Origin: an uncultured Bacillales bacterium | Lineage (GTDB): Bacteria; Bacillota_I; Bacilli_A; RFN20; CAG-288 | Length of the DNA stretch: 64,000 bases | Reading direction: 5' to 3' | Assembly: GCA_937874465.1 (NCBI GenBank) | Contig: CALNAX010000059.1 | Span: 26,000 to 89,999, forward strand | The notes under the pieces: model-generated | Told to the model about the DNA's origin: nothing | The model's input: the letters and a program-made list of their open reading frames with translations, nothing else | Database searches by the model: none | Made by a program: the position numbers and the translations under genes | Shown: in pieces, positions 35,670-45,303 of the stretch | How the letters are laid out: the number at the start of each line of letters is the position of its first letter | How positions within the stretch are numbered: the first letter of the stretch is position 1

Positions 35670-37007
35670 TCACCGCTGACGGAACATGTCAGCCATCTGG
35701 CCCATCTGCATCATGTTGCGCATCTGGGGCAACTGCTTCTTCATGATCTCGTACCGCTTCAAGAGGCGGTTGACCTCTTCGTTGGAGGTCCCGGATCCGT
35801 TGACTATGCGGTCCTTGCGGGAGGCCTTTATCATCTCCGGCTTCTTGCGCTCGGCTACCGTCATCGAATCGATTATGACTTCGTAGAGCTTCAGTTCGGA
35901 TTCCACGGTAGCCAATTGCCCATCCGAGATCCTCGGCAAACCGGGGATCATCTTCAGGATCTTGGAAAGGGAGCCGAGTTTCTTTATCTGCCTCATGACC
36001 GAAAGCATGTCGTTCAAATCGAATTGGCCGCTCATGAGCCGCTTAGAGGTCTTCATGGTCTGCTTCTCGTCGACCTTGCTTTGGATGTCCTCGATCAGGG
36101 TCATGACATCGCCCATGCCCAAGATCCTGTCCGCCATGCGGTCAGGATGGAAGTTCTCGATGTCCTCCAGTTTCTCCCCAGTGCCCGAATACTTGATGGG
36201 TATTCCGGTCATCTTGCGGATGGAAAGGGCAGCTCCGCCCCTGGCATCGCCATCGAGTTTCGACATCACCAAGCCGGTGACCGGCAACTCCTTGGAGAAG
36301 GCCAAGGCCACGTTGACGGCATCCTGGCCGGCCATCGCATCGACCAAAAGGAGAGTCTCGTCAACGGGAATGGCGCTGTGGACGTCCTTGAGTTCCGCCA
36401 TCAGCGGCGCATCTATCTGCAGCCGACCGGCGGTATCGACGATCAAGACGTCGTAACGTTCGCCTCTGGCCTTCTCGTATGCTGCCTTGGCAATGGCGGA
36501 AGTCTTGCTTCCGCTCCTGTCCTCGTAGATGTCAACGCCGGCTTGTTTGGCGATGGTATCCAACTGGTCGATGGCGGCTGGACGCTGGGTATCGTCAGCG
36601 CAAAGGAGGACCTTCTTCCCATACTTCGACTTATAAAGCAAGGCCAATTTTCCGGCAGTGGTGGTCTTGCCGGTTCCCTGCAGGCCCACGAGCAACATGA
36701 CGGTGGGCTTTCCCGAGTTGAATGTCACGTCGTTGTTCCCGCCGCCCAGAAGGCCTTCGATCTTGTCATGGACGATCTTTATGAACTGCTGGCTTGGCGA
36801 GAGCTGCGTGAGGACTTTCTGACCGATCGCCTCGTTCCTGATGGCCTCCAGGAGATCCTTGACGACCTGATAGTTGACGTCGGCATCCAGCAAGGCCACC
36901 CTGACTTCCTCCAGGGCATCCTCCATGTTCTTCTCGGTAAGGGTCGACTGACCCTTGAGTTTCTTGAATATGCGTTGGAACTTGTCCGAAAGATTCTCAA
37001 ATGCCAT
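35670..37007 (-). CDS. ffh: Signal recognition particle protein Ffh (445 aa)
   Basis: The NG domain has GLQGTGKTT and DTAGR, and there is a Met-rich M domain. Confidence 0.97.
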   Translation of the reverse strand: MAFENLSDKFQRIFKKLKGQSTLTEKNMEDALEEVRVALLDADVNYQVVKDLLEAIRNEAIGQKVLTQLSPSQQFIKIVHDKIEGLLGGGNNDVTFNSGKPTVMLLVGLQGTGKTTTAGKLALLYKSKYGKKVLLCADDTQRPAAIDQLDTIAKQAGVDIYEDRSGSKTSAIAKAAYEKARGERYDVLIVDTAGRLQIDAPLMAELKDVHSAIPVDETLLLVDAMAGQDAVNVALAFSKELPVTGLVMSKLDGDARGGAALSIRKMTGIPIKYSGTGEKLEDIENFHPDRMADRILGMGDVMTLIEDIQSKVDEKQTMKTSKRLMSGQFDLNDMLSVMRQIKKLGSLSKILKMIPGLPRISDGQLATVESELKLYEVIIDSMTVAERKKPEMIKASRKDRIVNGSGTSNEEVNRLLKRYEIMKKQLPQMRNMMQMGQMADMFRQR

Positions 37008-37332
37008 GTTCTATCGTCCTCCTGATTTCCTTGACAAGCGCAACCCGCCTGGAAGGGTCGGCGCAAGACTCTATTTTATCAAGCAACCCGCTCACTTTGC
37101 CAAGGCGGGCTGAGATCCCAAGCTTCTTTTCGTATTTGTCCAGCTGTTTCTCGGCAGCCTTTATGGACAGATATACGGCGCTCCTGGAGGTGTGCTCACG
37201 CTGGGCGATCTCAAAGAAGGAATAGTCGGAATAGTAATGATCGGTGGCTCTGCGATACATCGCCGGCCCCAATAGGCCACCGTAGATATCCAGGAGCCTG
37301 GAATAATGCTCCGCTTTCTCGAGTTCTTCCAT
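36997..37332 (-). CDS. ylxM: YlxM/UPF0122 putative HTH protein (111 aa)
   Basis: MEELEKAEHYSRLLDIYGGLL...SFFEIAQREHTSRSAV is YlxM-like. The internal ATG at 37332 lies 5 nt after the ftsY stop, and the gene overlaps ffh by 11 nt. Confidence 0.85.
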   Translation of the reverse strand: MEELEKAEHYSRLLDIYGGLLGPAMYRRATDHYYSDYSFFEIAQREHTSRSAVYLSIKAAEKQLDKYEKKLGISARLGKVSGLLDKIESCADPSRRVALVKEIRRTIEHGI

Positions 37333-37336
37333 GAAC

Positions 37337-38362
37337 CTAGCCCACCAATAGGCCGTAGAGGTATTTGTCCAAGTCGAATTCCCTAAGGTCATCCTCATGT
37401 TCGCCCAATCCGATGAAACGGACGGGGACCCCGATCTGATCGCGGATGGCAAGGATTATCCCGCCTTTGGAAGTCCCGTCCATCTTGGTTATGACTATGC
37501 CCGTAAGATTGGTGACTTCCTTGAAGACCTTTGCCTGCGCAATGCCGTTCTGCCCGGTATTGGCATCCAGGGCCAGCCAGACTTCCTGGGGCGCCCCCGG
37601 CAAAACCTTGCCGATGACTTTCTCTATCTTCCCGAGTTCGGCCATCAGGTATTCCTTGGTATGCAGACGCCCAGCGGTATCCACGATCACAAGATCATAG
37701 CCGTCGTTTATCGCCATCTTGACCGCATCGTAGCAAACCGAGGCTGGTTCGGCTCCCTGCCCCTTTTCGAATATATCCACTCCCACGCGTTTAGCCCAGA
37801 TTGCCAATTGTTCCACCGCTCCAGCCCTAAAGGTATCGGCAGCGACCAGCAAGACTTTCTTGCCTCTGTCCTTATATCTTTTGGCCAATTTGGCAATGGT
37901 AGTGGTCTTTCCCGTCCCGTTCACGCCTACTACCAAAAGGACGGTCGGGGATTTTGAACTGAATTCAACGTCGGTCTTGTAGGCACTGCCCTTCTGGGCA
38001 TATTCCATGAACATGTTGTCGACCAACACGTCGTTGATCTTGGCCGTGTCAGTAAGATGGTCTTTTGCGACCTGGGCCTCGGTCTGGTCCAAGATCTTCA
38101 TCGCCAAGCCGACACCGACATCGGCTTCGATCAGTATCTCCTCCAGTTCGTCGAAGTATTGGCTATTGGCTTCCTTGAATTTCTTAGCCAAACGGTCGAG
38201 CTTTCCGGCAAATCCCTGCCGAGATTTGGCAAGGCCGTTGCTATAGACGTCAAGGTCGGAGAGGGGAGCCTCCGCCGCCATTGGAGCATTTGCGACCTCG
38301 GCCTTTTTTCCCTCCTCCTTGCCTTTGCGGAACTTGTTCTTTAGCCAGTTGACCAATCCCAT
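37337..38362 (-). CDS. ftsY: SRP receptor FtsY (341 aa)
   Basis: GVNGTGKTT, DTAGR and TKMDGT are present. The ATG at 38362 forms TGATG with the rnc stop. Confidence 0.95.
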   Translation of the reverse strand: MGLVNWLKNKFRKGKEEGKKAEVANAPMAAEAPLSDLDVYSNGLAKSRQGFAGKLDRLAKKFKEANSQYFDELEEILIEADVGVGLAMKILDQTEAQVAKDHLTDTAKINDVLVDNMFMEYAQKGSAYKTDVEFSSKSPTVLLVVGVNGTGKTTTIAKLAKRYKDRGKKVLLVAADTFRAGAVEQLAIWAKRVGVDIFEKGQGAEPASVCYDAVKMAINDGYDLVIVDTAGRLHTKEYLMAELGKIEKVIGKVLPGAPQEVWLALDANTGQNGIAQAKVFKEVTNLTGIVITKMDGTSKGGIILAIRDQIGVPVRFIGLGEHEDDLREFDLDKYLYGLLVG

Positions 38363-39138
38363 CAAAGATTCCTCCTTCTCGCCAAATAGGCTTCCTTGGC
38401 CGCCTCGGTCTCGGCCTGTTTCTTGTTATGGCCCTTGCCCACTCCCAAGGCCACATCGTCCACCTTGCACACTACCACGAAAGTCTTGTCCTGAGCCGTT
38501 CCCGATTCCGACACCAACTGGTATTGAACCCCGCCCTTGAACTCGGCCTGTATCTCCTCCTGAAGTTTGGATTTCCAATCGGGGACACCTGCGGCCAAAG
38601 CCCCCTTCACGAAAGGATCCATGGCCTTGGCAATGTACTTGTAGACAAAGTCGTAGCCCTGATCCAAATAGGTCGCACCGATGAAGGATTCGAACACATC
38701 CTCGAAAATGTGGCCGTGGTAGGCCGCATTCTTCTTCTCGCCTTCGGAGAAGCGGACAAAGGGCGCAAAGCCGAAGGCGATGGCCAGAGAAGAAAGGTTC
38801 TTGCCCTCCACTATTTGGGAACGGAGCTTGGAAAGCTTTCCCGAGTCGAAATCGGGATGGATGCGATAGGCCAGATCGCCCACCACCAAGTCCAAGACGC
38901 CATCGCCCAAAAATTCCAGGCGATCGTAATCGGTGATGCCACGATGCTCGTTGGCATAGGAGGCATGGGTGAAGGCCGCCTCGAAAAGGGCCATGTCCTT
39001 GGGCTTTATGCCCTGGCTTTCGATCAAGGACAAAAGGGAAGGAAACCTCTTCGGCGCTTGTTCCGGATACTGTCCGTTAAGAGGCGTCTGGTTTTCCGCT
39101 ACCGGCGTTGTCGTATTAAGCAAGGGCTTGTCTTTCAT
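38362..39138 (-). CDS. rnc: Ribonuclease III (258 aa)
   Basis: The signature ERLEFLGDGVLD and a C-terminal dsRBD are present. An ATGA overlap joins it to plsX. Confidence 0.95.
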   Translation of the reverse strand: MKDKPLLNTTTPVAENQTPLNGQYPEQAPKRFPSLLSLIESQGIKPKDMALFEAAFTHASYANEHRGITDYDRLEFLGDGVLDLVVGDLAYRIHPDFDSGKLSKLRSQIVEGKNLSSLAIAFGFAPFVRFSEGEKKNAAYHGHIFEDVFESFIGATYLDQGYDFVYKYIAKAMDPFVKGALAAGVPDWKSKLQEEIQAEFKGGVQYQLVSESGTAQDKTFVVVCKVDDVALGVGKGHNKKQAETEAAKEAYLARRRNL

Positions 39139-40121
39139 TTCGCCATACCCTCCGTAATCTTGCCGACTATGCTTGAGACAGCCATGGAATAGGCAACCTT
39201 AAGGGCATTATAGAAGGCATAATCGTTCGAGTTGCCATGGGCCTTTACGGCCACCTTGTTCACGCCCAGGAGAATGGCCCCACCGGTAGAGCGATAGTCC
39301 AAGGTCTGCTTCATGCCTTTGAGTCCGGGCTTAGCCAACAGGTAGCCCATCTTCGTGAAGAGGTTCTTGGTGAAGGCCTTCTTCAATAGGACGCCTAGCA
39401 TCCCGGCGGTTCCCTCGATGCTTTTCAAGAGGATGTTTCCAGGATAGCCGGGGGTGACAATGACGTCCTTGTTGCCGTCCAAGGCATCCCTGGCCTCGCA
39501 ATTCCCGGCGAAGCCAGGGAAAGACGACTCTTTGAGGATCCTATAGGCCTTGACGCTCTCGGCCAGGCCCTTTCCTTCCTCGACGCCATTGGAAAGGATA
39601 TAGACCCGGGGCGTCTGGACACCCAAGACGTTCTTGGCATACAAAGATCCCATCTTGGCAAAGCCCACCAATTCCTCGGCCGTGTTTTGGTTGGAGGCCC
39701 CGATATCGAGGATGACGGTCTTCTTGCCTCTTATGGCAGTGACGAAGGGGGCGGCAAGGCCAGCTCTCAAGACCCCGGGCGCATTCTTGATGAGCAATGT
39801 GGCTCCGGTCACGAATCCACCGGTAGACCCGGCGGTCACCACTCCAGAGAAGCCCACTCCGGCCGAGGCCTTTATGGCCTGATACATGGAAGAATCCTTA
39901 AGGCGCAGGAAACCCAAAGGGGAGACCTCCATCGGAACCACCTGCGAGGTCTCGACCACGCTTGCCCCCCTTACCCCATCGAGGAGAGGATGGAGATCCT
40001 TGCCAGCCCCGAAGGCCACGACTTCCACATCGTCATTCTCCTTGAGAAAGGCTTTCAAGCCTTTGGCCAAAGGCATGGGGCCCTCATCGGATCCCATCAT
40101 GTCTATCGCTAGTCTTACCAT
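39135..40121 (-). CDS. plsX: Phosphate acyltransferase PlsX (328 aa)
   Basis: IAIDMMGSDEGP is a PlsX N-terminus. The ATG at 40121 is preceded by GGGAGG. Confidence 0.92.
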   Translation of the reverse strand: MVRLAIDMMGSDEGPMPLAKGLKAFLKENDDVEVVAFGAGKDLHPLLDGVRGASVVETSQVVPMEVSPLGFLRLKDSSMYQAIKASAGVGFSGVVTAGSTGGFVTGATLLIKNAPGVLRAGLAAPFVTAIRGKKTVILDIGASNQNTAEELVGFAKMGSLYAKNVLGVQTPRVYILSNGVEEGKGLAESVKAYRILKESSFPGFAGNCEARDALDGNKDVIVTPGYPGNILLKSIEGTAGMLGVLLKKAFTKNLFTKMGYLLAKPGLKGMKQTLDYRSTGGAILLGVNKVAVKAHGNSNDYAFYNALKVAYSMAVSSIVGKITEGMAK

Positions 40122-40245
40122 CCTTAGGCCTCCCACTGACAATTACAAGGATGAGTATAGCAAAGACCTGGCCAAGGCTTCCCCTGCCAATCCCTAGGCG
40201 TTGGACCCAGCAAGGATTATCCTAGTAGGGAAAAGAGGCAGTCTT

Positions 40246-40791
40246 ATGGATTTGACCGAAAAGAAACTAACTTCCAAGTTGATTTACAAAGGCGCGTTGG
40301 TGACCCTTTACAAAGACACGGTTCTTTGCCCCAATGGGGATGAGGCACCAAGGGAATACATTAGGCACGTGAAGGCGGCGGCAATCCTCCCCCTCACCAA
40401 GGACGGGAAGATCTTGCTGGAGCATCAGTTCCGCTATCCTTTGGGGAAGGTCATAATCGAGGTACCGGCCGGAAAGAGCGATGGCGACGAAAAGCCGGAG
40501 GAGACCGCCAAGAGGGAATTGGAAGAAGAGACCGGAAAAAAGGCCGGTAAGCTTGTCTTCTGCGGCCAATTTGCTCCGACATGCGCCTATTCCGACGAGG
40601 TCATCTATCTTTACATCGCGCCCCAACTAGAGCCGGGAAAGCGCCATCTGGACAAGGACGAATTAATCGATTTGTTCGAAGCGACCCCCGCTGAATTCTT
40701 CGCTATGTGCGACAAGGGCGAAATAGTCGATGGCAAGACTTTGGCCTTGGCCTATTACCTCAAGCGCTACTTGGAGAACAGGGAAAAGTAA
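40246..40791 (+). CDS. NUDIX hydrolase, ADP-ribose pyrophosphatase-like (181 aa)
   Basis: The Nudix box is GKSDGDEKPEETAKRELEEETG. The ATG at 40246 is preceded by AAGAGG; the ORF-track start at 40201 is TTG. Confidence 0.85.
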   Translation: MDLTEKKLTSKLIYKGALVTLYKDTVLCPNGDEAPREYIRHVKAAAILPLTKDGKILLEHQFRYPLGKVIIEVPAGKSDGDEKPEETAKRELEEETGKKAGKLVFCGQFAPTCAYSDEVIYLYIAPQLEPGKRHLDKDELIDLFEATPAEFFAMCDKGEIVDGKTLALAYYLKRYLENREK

Positions 40792-40801
40792 GAAGGTCTT
40801 C

Positions 40802-42814
40802 CTAGATAAGGAGGGCACTCCTGATGGGTGCCTCTTTTATTACCAGTTGGGCATAGTCACGAAACTCCGGAACCAAGGCCATCTTGTCCAGGATGAGATC
40901 CGCATCCCCCATCCCCGCCTTGAACATGGCGTAATCGGTCGTGAAGTCCGCCAAGGCCAAGTCGCTTTCGCCTGACTGGTTAAGGCCGCCGATTGAGCCA
41001 AAGCCCCGGCTTTTGAGGTCGTATTCGCTTATGGCGAAGCCATCGTTGTTATGGGCCAGAAACTCCAGCTTCTCCTGCGCTTTTGCGTCCTTGCCGTCAT
41101 AGACTAGCAAGGCCAGGGCAAAATGGCCGTTGCGACCGATCCTTCCCCGTAGTTGGTGAAGCGCCGAAAGGCCGAAAAGATTGGCCGAATATATGATCAT
41201 CAGACCAGCATCCTTGATGTCCATCCCGACCTCGACCACCGAAGTGGCTACCAATATGGGCTTGCTCTTGTCTTTGAAGGCCTCAAGGATCCTGGCTTGC
41301 TCACTGGCCTTGATACGGCCGTGCAGCAGCTGGACCTTTTCAAAGCCATATAGTTTCCCGTATTCTTCGTAGACTTGCTTGGCCGAGACCTTGCCGCTGT
41401 CTTCCTCTCCCTGTACCGCCTCGTCAATTCTAGGCACTATCACAAACACCTGTCGGCCTTTGGCCACCGCCTGCTCAATGGCCTTCTTCAATATCGGATC
41501 GGTGCTTTTGATGACTTGGGTACGGACCAATCTCTTCGAACCATTGGGGAATTGGTGCAACTCGGAAAGATCCATGTCGCCGGTTTTCATTATTGCTACC
41601 GTTCGCGGTATGGGCGTGGCTGTCATCATCAAGGTGTCGACCGCTTGTCCCTTGGCGATCATTTCGGCCCTTTGCTCCACACCAAAGCTTTGCTGTTCGT
41701 CTATCACGGAAAGGGTGAGGTTTTTGTATCTTACGTCGGCAGAGATTCCCGCTTCGGTGGCGACCAGTATCGCTATGGACCCATCGGCCAAGCCCCTGAT
41801 TACATTGCGTCTATCCTCGGCCTTCATGCCTGACAGCAAAAGGCCGATTTTGGGACCCTTGCCCATGAGGAACTTGTTGGCATTGGCGTAATGCTGCTGG
41901 GCAAGGGAAGTGGTGGGAGAGAACAATATCCCCTGTCCGCCCCTAAGCCAGTTGGCATAAAGTGCTATGAGGGCCACGATGGTCTTGCCGGTCGAAACGT
42001 CCCCCTGCAAAAGACGGTACATGACCTTGGGCCCTTTCATGTCGGTCACTATTTCCCTTACGGCCACCACTTGGTCATGGGTCAGCTTGAAGGGCAGCGA
42101 GAGGATGAGCTCGTTGACTTTCTGAGTGTCGATGGTCCTCAGGGAATTCTTCTTGAGGAGTGAGACATAGCGTCTATTGGCCTTTATCTTAAGGCAATAG
42201 GCCAGGCATTCCTCGTATTTGAAGTTCCTTATTCCCAAGGCTAGTTCCTTCTTGTTGGCCGGAGCATGGATATACCTGAAGGCCTTGTCGCGGGGAAGGA
42301 GGTGGTATTTGTCGACAAAGAAGGAGGGGACCTTGTCCTTGACGTACATCATGTATTGGGATAGGAGGATATTGTCTATGACGCTTGCGAAGGTCGATTG
42401 GGATATTTCCTTGGGCAAATGGTAATAGGGTCGCACCTGACTAAGGACAAAGCGCGAGTCGTTCTCGTATATGCCCGACACCATGAATGCCCTTTGCCTG
42501 GCGCTGTAATAGGCCACCACGAACAACTCCTTGCCCATGGCGATCCTGTTCAGGTAGAACATCTGATGGAAGACGATGAAATTCCAGCGGAAATCAGAGA
42601 CTTCGCCCCCGGCCGTGAATCTTATCAATTGCATGCGCACGCTGGCCCTGACCGACAAGACCTTTACGTGAAGGCGAGCCTTCTCGCCATCCTGGTAACG
42701 ATCGGCTGGTTTTTCGATCGTGGGAGCCATGTCGTCATAGCGGGCCGGAATATGCTCAAGAAGATCCAGATCGCTCTGGGCGCCTAGCTTTGCCATAATC
42801 TGGGTCTTTGTCAC
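40802..42814 (-). CDS. recG: ATP-dependent DNA helicase RecG (670 aa)
   Basis: A wedge domain and SF2 motifs GDVSTGKT, DEQQSFGV and QLRGRIGR are present. GTG start with GAGGTG upstream. Confidence 0.92.
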   Translation of the reverse strand: MTKTQIMAKLGAQSDLDLLEHIPARYDDMAPTIEKPADRYQDGEKARLHVKVLSVRASVRMQLIRFTAGGEVSDFRWNFIVFHQMFYLNRIAMGKELFVVAYYSARQRAFMVSGIYENDSRFVLSQVRPYYHLPKEISQSTFASVIDNILLSQYMMYVKDKVPSFFVDKYHLLPRDKAFRYIHAPANKKELALGIRNFKYEECLAYCLKIKANRRYVSLLKKNSLRTIDTQKVNELILSLPFKLTHDQVVAVREIVTDMKGPKVMYRLLQGDVSTGKTIVALIALYANWLRGGQGILFSPTTSLAQQHYANANKFLMGKGPKIGLLLSGMKAEDRRNVIRGLADGSIAILVATEAGISADVRYKNLTLSVIDEQQSFGVEQRAEMIAKGQAVDTLMMTATPIPRTVAIMKTGDMDLSELHQFPNGSKRLVRTQVIKSTDPILKKAIEQAVAKGRQVFVIVPRIDEAVQGEEDSGKVSAKQVYEEYGKLYGFEKVQLLHGRIKASEQARILEAFKDKSKPILVATSVVEVGMDIKDAGLMIIYSANLFGLSALHQLRGRIGRNGHFALALLVYDGKDAKAQEKLEFLAHNNDGFAISEYDLKSRGFGSIGGLNQSGESDLALADFTTDYAMFKAGMGDADLILDKMALVPEFRDYAQLVIKEAPIRSALLI

Positions 42815-42885
42815 TGCGATTCACCTCGGATAAGATTCTAACTCACAGAAAAAGGCCCGCTAACGACAGGCCTTGCCATCTTCTC

Positions 42886-43404
42886 TCACTTATCGTCCTC
42901 GGGGAAGTAATAAAGTCCCAATGTGCCATCAGGTTTTATCCTGCAGCAATGCAGCTTGTGGTCACCCTGCGTGGCGGGATTCCTCAAGGCCCTGGCCTTC
43001 TTGGTCCGCTCCTCGTCTTGGGTTATCAAAAGCACATTGTGATTGGGCATGAGGAAACTCACCTGGTTAAGGACCGTCTTGTCGGCGAAGGCGCCCTTGG
43101 CTTCCCCGACAAAGATTACGTAGGGATTGGCCGGATCGGAAAGCGCAACGGCTTGGTTAAGCCAAACGGCAGCCTTCCGGGAACGTTCCTTCACCACGGG
43201 ATCGGCGCTTTCCAATCCTTCGTTAACACCGTTAACGGCCTCCAGGGGAATTATCAAGGTGTATTTCCTTAGCCGTGGCAGGACTGCCACAAGGCTAGTG
43301 AAGAACAGGTCCGCTCCATCGGCAGTCAAGGATGACGAATCGACTAGCAGCGAATCGTCCTTGCCCAGCATCTCCTTGAATTTCCCTAAGCCCAAGCCAG
43401 CCAT
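42886..43404 (-). CDS. Hypothetical 172-aa protein, possibly PIN-like
   Basis: A strong RBS (GGGGGAGG) precedes the start. Four spaced acidic positions in a beta-alpha context (LLVDSSS, IIPLEAV, FADKTVL, VLLITQDEE) recall the PIN pattern. This is a weak by-eye inference. Confidence 0.35.
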   Translation of the reverse strand: MAGLGLGKFKEMLGKDDSLLVDSSSLTADGADLFFTSLVAVLPRLRKYTLIIPLEAVNGVNEGLESADPVVKERSRKAAVWLNQAVALSDPANPYVIFVGEAKGAFADKTVLNQVSFLMPNHNVLLITQDEERTKKARALRNPATQGDHKLHCCRIKPDGTLGLYYFPEDDK

Positions 43405-43561
43405 AGTCGTTCCTCCCCCTCTATTTCAGAAATTCCATCTTATTATCAATAATACGACTTAATGGGCTCTTTTTTAAGCAAGGGAAGGCTTTTGACCCCA
43501 AAAACGCAGGCAAAACAAAAAGTCGGGGTTTAAAACCCGGCTTATTTAAGGGGCGACGACT

Positions 43562-45271
43562 TCACTCAACGGAGACTATGAACGAATAGACAGGCTGATC
43601 GCCTTCCTTGACATCGACATCGGCCTGTTTGCCATATTTATCGGTGAGCCTCTTCTTGGTGTCCTCGATCTCGTCGCTCTTGATGTCCTCTCCGCAAATG
43701 ACGGTGATTATCGAGGAATCAGGCGCAACCATGGAATCGAGAAGCTTGTAGAGGGCATCAAACTTGTCATTGGAAACGGTGGTTATGTCCTTGCCGTGCA
43801 TTCCCATGAACTCGCCCTTCTTTACCGACTCGCCATCGATGGTGGTGTCGCGAATGGCATAGGTGACCTCGCCGGACTTTACGCCTTGGATAGCCTCGAG
43901 CATCTCGGTCTTGTTGGATTCGGCCGAGACGGAGGGATTGAACATCATGGCTGCCACCAAACCTTCGGGAATGGTCTTGGTGGGAATGACCACGACGTTG
44001 ATGTTCTGGCTAGAGAGGACATCGGCCGCCGAAGACGCGGCCATTATTATGTTCCCGTTGTTGGGGAAGACGAAGACGGTTGAGGCGTGGACCAATTTCA
44101 CGGCCTCGACAATGTCTTGGGTCGAGGGGTTCATGGTCTGGCCACCGGAAACGACTTGGTCAACGCCGATATCGTTCTTGAAGATCGACTCGACTCCCTT
44201 GCCAGCGCAAACGGCAACCATGCCGAAAGGCTTGAGGGGTTTGTCGGAATCATTCTTTATCGCTTCCTGACGGACCCATTCCGCCTCATCCATCAAGCGC
44301 TTGTGCTGCTGAGTCATGGATTCGACCTTTATCTTCAAGAACTCGCCGAATTGCTGGGCATAGTTGAAGACAGTGCCGGGCTTCTTGGCGTGGATGTGGA
44401 CCTTGACCAGATCATCGTCACGGACACATACGATGGAGTTGCCGTAATCGTTTATTACGGAACGGAAACGACGTTCATCAAATCTGTGCTTACCGTCCTT
44501 GGCAGGGTCGCTGGATAGCTGAAGGATGAACTCGGTGCAGTACCCGAAGTCTTGATGGGCGAGATGGGATTGGACGTTGTCATGGGCATCCTCCTGGGGA
44601 AGGTTTTGGAAGACTGGCTTGTCGACGCTTACGACGGAAGCCATGTTCTTCTCGACGATTTCGTTATGGAGGGCCTTGGCAAAGCCTTCGATGACGCGGC
44701 AGAATCCCGCTCCGCCACTATCGACAACGCCGACTTCCTTGAGTATCGGCAAAAGGTTAGGAGTCCTCTTTAAAGAGGCCTGGGCCTCATTTAGAAGGAT
44801 GTCCATGGCCTCGTCTATGGGCTGGCCCTTCTCGGCATTATCGTACATCGCTTGGGCCGCTTCGCGTTCGACGGTCAGCATCGTGCCCTCGACTGGTTTC
44901 ATAACGGCCTTGTATGCAACGTCCTTGCCTTCCAGGAAAGCTTCCGCCAAGTCGATGGCATCGGCATCCTTCTTGCCCTTGAGGCTATCGGCAAAGCCGC
45001 GGAATATCTGGGAAAGGATGACGCCCGAGTTTCCCCTTGCGCCCATCAACAAGCCGCGCGAGAAAGCCTTGGCGACATTGTAGATATCGTTGTCGTTGGA
45101 TTCGGCTACTTCCTTGGCTCCCGAAGACATGGTGAGATTCATGTTGGTGCCAGTGTCGCCATCGGGAACGGGGAAGACATTAAGGGCATCGACTTCCGGG
45201 TAGTGGTTATAGATGTTGTTGGCGCCAGAGATAATCATCTGTCTTAATATCGTGCCGTCAATTTTGACCAT
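43562..45271 (-). CDS. DAK2-domain fusion protein YloV-like (569 aa)
   Basis: The N-terminal Dak2 motif PDGDTGTNM is present, and the length and the pairing with an Asp23-like gene match YloU/YloV. Confidence 0.88.
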   Translation of the reverse strand: MVKIDGTILRQMIISGANNIYNHYPEVDALNVFPVPDGDTGTNMNLTMSSGAKEVAESNDNDIYNVAKAFSRGLLMGARGNSGVILSQIFRGFADSLKGKKDADAIDLAEAFLEGKDVAYKAVMKPVEGTMLTVEREAAQAMYDNAEKGQPIDEAMDILLNEAQASLKRTPNLLPILKEVGVVDSGGAGFCRVIEGFAKALHNEIVEKNMASVVSVDKPVFQNLPQEDAHDNVQSHLAHQDFGYCTEFILQLSSDPAKDGKHRFDERRFRSVINDYGNSIVCVRDDDLVKVHIHAKKPGTVFNYAQQFGEFLKIKVESMTQQHKRLMDEAEWVRQEAIKNDSDKPLKPFGMVAVCAGKGVESIFKNDIGVDQVVSGGQTMNPSTQDIVEAVKLVHASTVFVFPNNGNIIMAASSAADVLSSQNINVVVIPTKTIPEGLVAAMMFNPSVSAESNKTEMLEAIQGVKSGEVTYAIRDTTIDGESVKKGEFMGMHGKDITTVSNDKFDALYKLLDSMVAPDSSIITVICGEDIKSDEIEDTKKRLTDKYGKQADVDVKEGDQPVYSFIVSVE

Positions 45272-45303
45272 TCTCTCTTTTCTCCTTTGGTGGGATCCAT
45301 CGC

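Noticed and set aside
43405-43561. A terminator after yloV (CCGGGTTTTAAACCCCG followed by ACTTTTTG on the minus strand).
   Set aside because: The stem is only 3-4 contiguous GC pairs with a mismatch. It is too weak to call.
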